From contig JALJEE010003233.1 in the NCBI GenBank assembly GCA_023231475.1, positions 1-32,984 of the forward strand: DNA of 32,984 nt, read 5' to 3'. A program made the position numbers and the translations under genes. Of this stretch, positions 25,851-32,984 are shown piece after piece. This stretch comes from Seison nebaliae (lineage: Eukaryota). The notes below the pieces were generated by a model. That model did not search any database and was not told the origin of the DNA. It saw only the letters and a program-made list of their open reading frames with translations. Each line of letters starts with the position of its first letter. Positions within the stretch are counted from its first letter, which is position 1.

Positions 25851-26278
25851 TTAAAAGTTAAGACAATCAAATTCTTGTGTGGAATTAGTAGAATATGTTA
25901 TAAAATTTATAATTTTCATTTTTCTCACTTTTATAGATCTGCTTTCTTTAAGAACGATCGTTGTAAAATTTGGTTTTTTATTTTTAATTTTCATTTCCAT
26001 CTTTATTAAATGTCTCGTAAATAAAATATTTTAATTCTTGTAATAATATTCTCTTTCAAATGAAATATTATTTTCGGTATTAAGAACAAATTTAGTTTTT
26101 CAACAAATTTAGAATTAAAAAATTTGTATCTAAAATTAACGTTTTTACTGGTAATAATTTGCGCTCATCAAATTTCGTATAAGAGACTGTTCAGAAGAAG
26201 AGAAAATATAAAAATTATTTTTACTAATTTGTAGATAGACTACACTTTTTATTGAAATAATCTGTTACACTTAAAATC

Positions 26279-26728
26279 ATGAGTCAAAGCGACGGAGAAA
26301 GTAATATGGATGTCAGTTTAGAAGAGAAAGAAGTACATCTCGATGGATTAACGTCCACTCGAGATACACAGGTGTCACTCTTCGATTTAGATGATTTATC
26401 ATCTCAAAGTGAAAATGTTGTTAAGGAGAAGAATCCTTATGTGAAACTGATATCTTCAGACGAACATGTTTTCTTTATTAAAAGAGAATATGCAATGATA
26501 TCAAAAACTATATCGGCGATGTTGTCTGGTCCAGGAGAATCGGAAGGAGATGATGAAAATGAGATAATGTTAGCTCAAATTCCATCACATATCTTATCGA
26601 AAGTTTGTCATTACTTTCTTTATCAAACATACTGGACGACGAACAATAATGAGTATCCCACCAAATTTAAAATTTCACCAGACACGGTTCTCGAATTGTT
26701 GATGGCATCCAATTATTTGGATTGCTGA
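26279..26728 (+). CDS. ELOC: Elongin C with an acidic N-terminal extension
   Basis: YVKLISSDEHVFFIKREYA..SKTISAMLSGPG...IPSHILSKVCHYF...LELLMASNYLDC. Possible 5'-UTR intron 26189-26234 (GTTCAG...TACTAATTTGTAG). Confidence 0.92.
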   Translation: MSQSDGESNMDVSLEEKEVHLDGLTSTRDTQVSLFDLDDLSSQSENVVKEKNPYVKLISSDEHVFFIKREYAMISKTISAMLSGPGESEGDDENEIMLAQIPSHILSKVCHYFLYQTYWTTNNNEYPTKFKISPDTVLELLMASNYLDC

Positions 26729-26933
26729 AGAAAGTGATAAATGATATGGGAGCGGTTAATGGACACCAACTACAACTCAATAAATTAAATGAAATTTTTT
26801 AGCGTTGAATTTAATGCGAAATTCCATTTATATGCATTTTTTTATTGTTCTTAAATAAATTTATTTAATCTACTAAAGTAAACAATATGATTCTACAGTG
26901 AATGAAAAAAAATTCATTGAACAACATTTTTCA

Positions 26934-28424
26934 ATGTATTTTATAAAAATCTATTCATTTTTATTGGGTTGTATAGTGATATATGAATTTCAAAAATATG
27001 TTTTACCATTTTTCTACATTCATCAAGTACGTGAAAATGAAGTCCGAATAAACAAATCATTAGAAAAAGTCGAGGTAGTAGATAGCAAGGTAGTAAAAAA
27101 GAAAAAAAATCGAAAAGGTAAAATAATTCCTCCACTCTTCCTCAATTTATCAATAACGAATGCATGGAAGAAATTAACACTTCAACCATTAAATAATATT
27201 ACACATATTACATTAAAGAAACATCTATTGGATTATTTGGAAGTGCGTTCAAAATGCCCATCAAATATATTTTTAAAATTAAACAATTCATCAACGAAAT
27301 TGAAATGTGAAAATTTTTGGCAGTTTAAAGGTTTCAATATTGCCATCTATTTTAATCCTTTCTTCCATGTTCTTCCTCTTATAGATAATCAATCAGTTTG
27401 GCGTGTTTCACCAAAAAGCGATGAGAATTATAGAACTTTCGTTTATAATGGAAGTTATACACCTCGACATTGCCAAGCATTGCAACGAGTAGCTCTTATT
27501 ATACCTTATAGAGATAGAGAGAAACATCTCGAAATATTCTTGCATCACATTCATCAATTTCTTCAGAAACAAAGTATTAATTACGTAATAGTTTTAGTAG
27601 AACAAGTTCATATTATTCCTTTGATTTATTTTCAGTATATTATTCAGATCGATCGTCATATGTTCAATCGAGGTAGTTTACTTAATGTCGGAGTAATAGA
27701 AGCCGTAAAAATGGATCCATCAATTAGTTGTATAATTTTTCATGATGTGGATCTTTTGCCGTTAAGATTATCCAATTTTTATAATTGTTTAGACCAACCT
27801 ATTCATATGTCATCGGCAATTGATGTTTTGCATTACAAGTTTCTCTAATTAATTCCATTCATCGTTTTAACCGTTCATTTAATCTCTTAGATTGCCATAT
27901 CAAACATTGTTGGGTGGTGTATCAAGTTTCCCGGTAAATGTTGTGTTTGCAGTTAATGGATTTGCCAACATTTATTGGGGATGGGGAGCTGAAGATGATG
28001 ATCTATCTCAAAGGTTCTACAAATAACTTAAATGTAGGTAATTAATGAAAAGAAACTATTTTTAGAGTTCACTATTATTATAGGCAGAATTTTCACAGAT
28101 TCAAATTTCGACATTATCATAATACTTACGATAGTGGAAGATATACGATGGCGATGCATAATCATTCGGATTATCAACAAAATGGGTTAAAATTATTCCT
28201 AGATAGACGATTACCATAATTTGTGTTGCAGGATGTTATATAGGAATTACCGTAAATTTTTGAAAAGCGGTTTAAATACTCTCACATACAATTCTTCTTG
28301 TACTGCGACGAAATTGTATATGCATATAAAAGTATCCATCAAAGAAGAGGATTGGCCATCTTATAAAAAATTAAGAAGTAAAAATCAATGGAAGAAAACT
28401 AATAAATCGAAACCACTAGTTTAA
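26934..28424 (+). CDS. GT7 beta-1,4-N-acetylgalactosaminyl/galactosyltransferase (BRE-4-like)
   Basis: N-terminal TM, VALIIPYRDREKHL, FNRGSLLNVG, FHDVDLLP, LPYQTLLGGV, YWGWGAEDDD. Introns 27606-27647, 27839-27890, 28014-28065, 28186-28231. Start uncertain; the first in-frame ATG is 26934. Confidence 0.9.
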
Positions 28425-28917
28425 TTAACTGTATTCACAACTGAAATTAATCTATCCTCTTGTCCATTCACAGAATTTGACGGAAGTACAAAAAAATAAA
28501 TTAATATCATTAACAAAAGATGATATAGTTCCACATCAAGTCGTTACGCAATAAATAATGAAGTCTTATAAATATAACGGGGCAACTACAAATATATCGA
28601 TATAGATGTTAAGAGGACGTACCCTTTCTTACTAATGTTAACTTAACCATAAACAGAATTTAAAAAAAAACTAGTTCATACCAAATGATTCAATTTCAAC
28701 AAATTACAAAAATGTTATAGAAAAAGATTCCCATAAATTTTCATTTTCTAATCAATATGTAAATTATTTATATTAATCTCAAAAGTTCATTGATATCATA
28801 CATGAGAAAAATTTGGACGAAAAGACGATTGAAATCGATTATTGTGGATACAGTTCGGCAAAAATATAGATAATAATTTTTTCCAGAATTTTCATTCAAA
28901 ATTTTTTTATAAATAAA

Positions 28918-29931
28918 TTACTCTTTCTTCTCTTCAACTTTTTTCTGTCCAAATATTTTGCTTGAGGTATATAGCAACGTACCGGTGAACACGGCTGCTG
29001 TAGATAACCAGTGAACGATTGTGAATGGATTTTGGAAGTACCAAATGGAGAATATTAAAGAGACGAATTTTCTCAATGTAATAATTAAGGTAACAGTCAA
29101 TGCGTGACATTCGATAGTTAAAGTAAAGACGGATGAAATACAAATATATTGGGTCACAATATTTCCCAATAATAACATCCAAGGCGATACAGTTGAAACA
29201 ATATTGGCCATTATTCGAATTTGAGGTATAAGATCAGGTAAAAGTAGAATAAAGGTAGGCAGTGGTAGTAAATGACAAAAGAATAATGCTTCTTCTGTAT
29301 ATTTCCCATATTTTGAATAAACTCTCTCCTGTTGTATACCCAAACGTGCCGACAATACCATGGCGATGATGAGAATTAATAATCCAAAACACCACCATAA
29401 ATAAGCGACAATTGACGCATTTTCAACTATTTCGTCTGTAGTATTTGTCAAATTTTGGGTTACCATCTTCAATTCTGAACTTTTTAAATTTGCGGAAGCA
29501 ATCGTAGCACTTGTTATTCCAACGGCAATCAATAGAACCGCCAAATATTCTTCTAATTTATATCGTCGATTTTGCATGACGACACCTAATATCATTGTAC
29601 AAATGAGCGATCCAGATCGGAAGATCATATGTAATGGCATAGCGATATCGAAACTCAATGCGTAATTGTTGAGAATACTAACAATTGTAAATAATAAAAC
29701 TATTTTCACATATTCCATTATTGGTATATGGGAAAAGAATATAGATTTCTGATTATTCTCTCGAAAAATGAGTCGTTTAGATAATCCGATTGAAGAAACG
29801 AATACAAATTGCGCCAGTGTCACTATATTGCCAACACCTTGTTGCATTTTCACTAAAGTTTCCAAAAAGTAAACATTGGTGCAACAACCGATATATACGA
29901 AGAGAATGGCAAGACAAGCTTTCAGATTCAT
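28918..29931 (-). CDS. SLC35B4: UDP-xylose/UDP-GlcNAc transporter, intronless
   Basis: GCCTNVYFLETL, GNIVTLAQF, IAMPLHMIFRSGSL, LSARLGIQQE, TLRKFVSLIFSIWYFQNPF; dilysine-like tail KKVEEKKE. ATG at 29931. Confidence 0.95.
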   Translation of the reverse strand: MNLKACLAILFVYIGCCTNVYFLETLVKMQQGVGNIVTLAQFVFVSSIGLSKRLIFRENNQKSIFFSHIPIMEYVKIVLLFTIVSILNNYALSFDIAMPLHMIFRSGSLICTMILGVVMQNRRYKLEEYLAVLLIAVGITSATIASANLKSSELKMVTQNLTNTTDEIVENASIVAYLWWCFGLLILIIAMVLSARLGIQQERVYSKYGKYTEEALFFCHLLPLPTFILLLPDLIPQIRIMANIVSTVSPWMLLLGNIVTQYICISSVFTLTIECHALTVTLIITLRKFVSLIFSIWYFQNPFTIVHWLSTAAVFTGTLLYTSSKIFGQKKVEEKKE

Positions 29932-30080
29932 TTGTAACGACAAATGACTATCAGTCTAATAATAATAAAAAGAATCTTCTATAGAAAAGAAATTAATTAA
30001 ATTAATTAGAGGAAATTGGATAATTTATAAGGAATAAAATGGGGAGGAAAAAATTGTCATTTTCACAAAATATATTTCAC

Positions 30081-30899
30081 TCATTTCAATTTAATCAGAT
30101 CTTTATCAATCGAAAACTTTTCACTTATAATTGGTATCAGAGTTTTACTGTAATCTCCTTGCAACGTCAATTCCTTATCACTTCCCACGGCACAACCACA
30201 GCTAAATTTCTGTGAGAAAGCCTTTTTCGCCGCACTCAATTTCACGTTATGTGTCGACAAATTTGAAATGGTTGTCAATCGCTTTCCTCGATTCATGGTC
30301 ACCGATATCAAGATCTCTTTCGGTTCTTCAGTTTTGGTAACAATTTTATTAGCTTTTCCACCTCTTGATTGATGGCCTGTAGATTTCTCTTTCGAATTGT
30401 TCATTAATCACAAACAATTCAAAAAGAAAAAATATCATTATGAGATATCGAAGGTTAATATTTCGAACGTAGTTTCAACGAGGGGAAAATAGAAGTTTAA
30501 ACGACATATTATTTCAAGTTGTATATGAAAAATTTTTCTTTTTCAATTGTTTGTGATTAATAAATAATTCTAAATTAATTAAGCAATTTTTATAAACTAA
30601 CCGTTCGATACTCGAGTAGCATTAGCGGAACTTACTTTCTCATCGAAATTAGATATACATGTTGTTGTTGCTCTTGTTGAAAGAATACCATCATCATCAT
30701 CATTATTATCATCCTCATCATTCAATTGGAGATCGTTCAGTCGATTAAGTGCTACCATATCATTGATATTCATTCGATTTCTACGAAGCCACATAACACA
30801 TTTACTGTAATTTGGACCATATTCACAATATTCGTAAGGCAATCCACATTGACCACAATATTCCACTTCTAACGCTTTTAATTCAGTGGTTGTGTCCAT
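30081..30899 (-). CDS. DENR: Density-regulated protein (translation reinitiation factor, SUI1 domain), 2 exons
   Basis: VEYCGQCGLPYEYCEYGP zinc site; SUI1-like RGKRLTTISNL...FSQKFSCGCAV...LQGD. Phase-1 intron from 30601 to 30389 (alternatively 30377). Confidence 0.9.
30403..30561. repeat. 29-bp inverted repeat (28/29 identical) with a 101-nt loop inside the DENR intron
   Basis: ATTAATCACAAACAATTCAAAAAGAAAAA (30403-30431) versus TTTTTCTTTTTCAATTGTTTGTGATTAAT (30533-30561). Confidence 0.92.
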
Positions 30900-30945
30900 T
30901 CTAAAAATTAAAGAAATATTCTAACAAAAATTAAAATGGAAAAAA

Positions 30946-31395
30946 TCAATCATCTGATAATTCATTTAAATACATTTGTTGATGTAGAAGTCGATATGAT
31001 TCGGAAAAGTTTTTTGCAGCTTTTGCCGCTTTTGCATTATGTCGAATCGTTTCAGTGGCCAATGGTGTCGTTCCCATAAATAATGGCATTTGTTTCATAT
31101 CTTTCATATTTAACATCGTTTCGAATTCATTCTTCAACTGATCGGCATCGATACGAGATAAATATCTATATGTTGCATCTGTATCGAACACTTTCCTCCA
31201 ATACATCGATAATGGCATTAGAGAACTAATATCAGGAAATAATAAAGGAAATTGAGTATTCCATTCGCGAATTCCATCATGACAAAAATATTCATTTTTT
31301 CCATTTAAACTTTTGTGTTCATCACCTTCTCCTATCTTCTCCACAATGAATTCCTCTTCATCTTCAATTATTTCTATATTATTATCAATCTCCAT
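30946..31395 (-). CDS. Hypothetical protein, 149 aa, acidic N-terminus; family not recognised
   Basis: Clean ATG-to-TGA ORF with protein-like composition that fills the space between SCLY and DENR. An acceptor-like AG lies 10 nt before the ATG. Confidence 0.65.
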   Translation of the reverse strand: MEIDNNIEIIEDEEEFIVEKIGEGDEHKSLNGKNEYFCHDGIREWNTQFPLLFPDISSLMPLSMYWRKVFDTDATYRYLSRIDADQLKNEFETMLNMKDMKQMPLFMGTTPLATETIRHNAKAAKAAKNFSESYRLLHQQMYLNELSDD

Positions 31396-31464
31396 GAAAT
31401 AGTATCTAATATAAAAATAAATAAATTTTTTTACATTTCAAAATAAGAATTTTCATGACTCAAA

Positions 31465-32649
31465 TTAAGATTTATCAATCTTAATTGACAAACGAAATGC
31501 ATCTAATAAATAATTAATATCTTCAATTGTTGTCGTATATCCGATTGATATTCTATAAGTATTATGACACAATTCTTCGGAAATTCCCATCAATTGTAGA
31601 CAGGTTCTATTCGAACAATTCTTCCCATCATGACAAGCGGAACCAGTTCCAATATCGATATTAAACTGTTCATGAAGAAGTTTACTGAAATCAATCGATG
31701 ACGTATAACCGTCAATAATCAAAGAGAAGAAACTAGTGTTAATTAATCGTTCACAATCTTTCCCATAAATTTTGATATTATTCGGAAATAAAGATAAAAT
31801 TTCTTTTTCGAAATAATTTCTCAATTCTTCTAATTTTAAATAATCTGATTTGGTCAATGATCGAACATATCCTGCCGCTCTTCCCAAACCAAAAATCATT
31901 GGAAGATTCTCCGTTCCTGATCGAAAATTATTTTGTTGTCCTCCCCCAAACGTAAACGGTTTTGATGGGAATCGCTTACCAACTACACAACCATTTCGTG
32001 GACCATAAAATTTGTGACCGGTTATCGTACAAATGTCACAACCCAACATTGCTAAATCGATATCCATTTTACCCACAGCTTGACTGATATCCGAATGAAA
32101 TAATGGTGGCGAAATATCAGGAAATTCGTCAGACCAGTTTTCTTTTATTATTTGGAATAATCGTTGAACAGGTTGAATAATTCCAGTTTCATTATGAGCC
32201 AACATCATCGAAACGACTTTGGTATTTTTTTCAATTTTTTTCGAAATATCTGACAAATCCGCAACACCATTCGGTTGAAGTTTTATGAAAGAAACTTTTA
32301 TATTATTTCTATTGACATAATTCATGATAGATGGATGTTCACCTTCAAATATGATACAATGATGATTGAGTGCTTCGGATAAAATCCAATTATTTCCTTC
32401 TGTTCCACCAGAAGTAAATATTATATCATATTCTAAATCTTCCACATTCATCAACTTTAGTAATTGATCTTTAGTTTCTCTCATCAAGTCTCTTTCGTGG
32501 TGAGCATAATGACTAGATGGATTCTTCCACGACATCTTCATCACATCCCGAATTCCTTCAATCACATCCTTTTGAACGGGTGTGGTAGCATTGAAATCGA
32601 AATATCTATTCTTTTTTTTCATTAATTCAGACGATTTATTCAAATCCAT
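31465..32649 (-). CDS. SCLY: Selenocysteine lyase-like PLP enzyme (class V aminotransferase fold), intronless
   Basis: YFDFNATTP, WKNPSS, DIIFTSGGTEGNN, MLAHNETG, GHKFYGPR (PLP Lys), FGGGQQNNFRSGTENLPMIFGLG, GSACH. These are closer to SCLY than to NFS1, and there is no mitochondrial presequence. Confidence 0.85.
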   Translation of the reverse strand: MDLNKSSELMKKKNRYFDFNATTPVQKDVIEGIRDVMKMSWKNPSSHYAHHERDLMRETKDQLLKLMNVEDLEYDIIFTSGGTEGNNWILSEALNHHCIIFEGEHPSIMNYVNRNNIKVSFIKLQPNGVADLSDISKKIEKNTKVVSMMLAHNETGIIQPVQRLFQIIKENWSDEFPDISPPLFHSDISQAVGKMDIDLAMLGCDICTITGHKFYGPRNGCVVGKRFPSKPFTFGGGQQNNFRSGTENLPMIFGLGRAAGYVRSLTKSDYLKLEELRNYFEKEILSLFPNNIKIYGKDCERLINTSFFSLIIDGYTSSIDFSKLLHEQFNIDIGTGSACHDGKNCSNRTCLQLMGISEELCHNTYRISIGYTTTIEDINYLLDAFRLSIKIDKS

Positions 32650-32984
32650 TGACAATCAGTATCAATCAAATATATACCAAAAAGTTGACTGATCAACATA
32701 GATTCTTTCTATATTGTACTGAAGGAAAATCGACACTTACGAGTAAGCTCATAAATTAAGTTACTCTTAAATTAGAAAATAATTCGCACAAAAATAAACA
32801 ATTATGTTATGAACTTGAAGTGGTTGGGCTCAGGATTTATTTAATTCAATTATAAAATAAAAAGATAATAAATGAAGTCAAGACGGAGTATCTTGACTAG
32901 CAATGGAAAGTAATTGACGAGAGTCGGAAACGTAGTTTGGCGGAAGTAAGACACGGAAGTGAGTTGGATGAGGTAAGGAATGAA

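Noticed and set aside
3606..29984. Many antisense or alternate-frame ORFs (e.g. 6205-6594, 7546-7755, 12137-12397, 15922-16164, 20828-21109, 28934-29182)
   Set aside because: They overlap well-supported genes and are shadow ORFs.
2998..30899. U12-type or non-GT-AG introns
   Set aside because: No RTATCCTT donors or AT-AC/GC-AG boundaries were needed for any model.
19012..32649. SELENOS plus SCLY as a functional selenium gene cluster
   Set aside because: They are about 12 kb apart on opposite strands with nine unrelated genes between them; chance proximity in a gene-dense genome is sufficient.
32878..32984. Possible 3' end of another minus-strand gene (..HFRVLLPPNYVSDSRQLLSIASQDTPS*), a small AGTCAAGA/TCTTGACT hairpin and two CGGAAGT ETS-like motifs
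   Set aside because: Too short and cut by the window edge to distinguish coding from promoter sequence.

Overview
AT-rich, very compact eukaryotic (almost certainly animal) genomic DNA. The taxon cannot be fixed from the sequence alone. Bases ~1-2215 are transposon debris: a Tc1/mariner-like terminus, a LINE reverse-transcriptase remnant, a Tc1/Tc3 transposase C-terminus and inverted ~31-bp repeat arrays. The rest holds 15 tightly packed protein genes that I spliced by hand: a FOG-type C2HC zinc-finger protein, a 6-domain Kazal inhibitor, an EGF-trypsin protease, CFAP46 (26 exons), selenoprotein S (in-frame UGA plus a type II SECIS), TMEM164, chitobiase, EMG1, DCAF7, Elongin C, a beta-1,4-GalNAc/Gal transferase, SLC35B4, DENR, an unknown ORF and a selenocysteine lyase-like enzyme. 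The strongest signal is a shifted splicing code. Of 50 inferred GT-AG introns (nearly all 40-66 nt), 44-45 begin GTT rather than GTA/GTG, none is GTAAG or GTGAG, +5G and exonic -1G are depleted, and AAG acceptors are common. Other highlights: the one long intron (DENR) is closed by a 28/29-bp inverted repeat that restores a normal effective length; a four-gene head-to-tail cluster has 46-149 nt spacers ending in splice-acceptor-like sites (operon/trans-splicing candidate); the SECIS sits unusually close to its UGA; and the SCLY-like enzyme lacks the Asp that confers selenium specificity in the human enzyme. All gene models and counts are manual and are not supported by transcript data.
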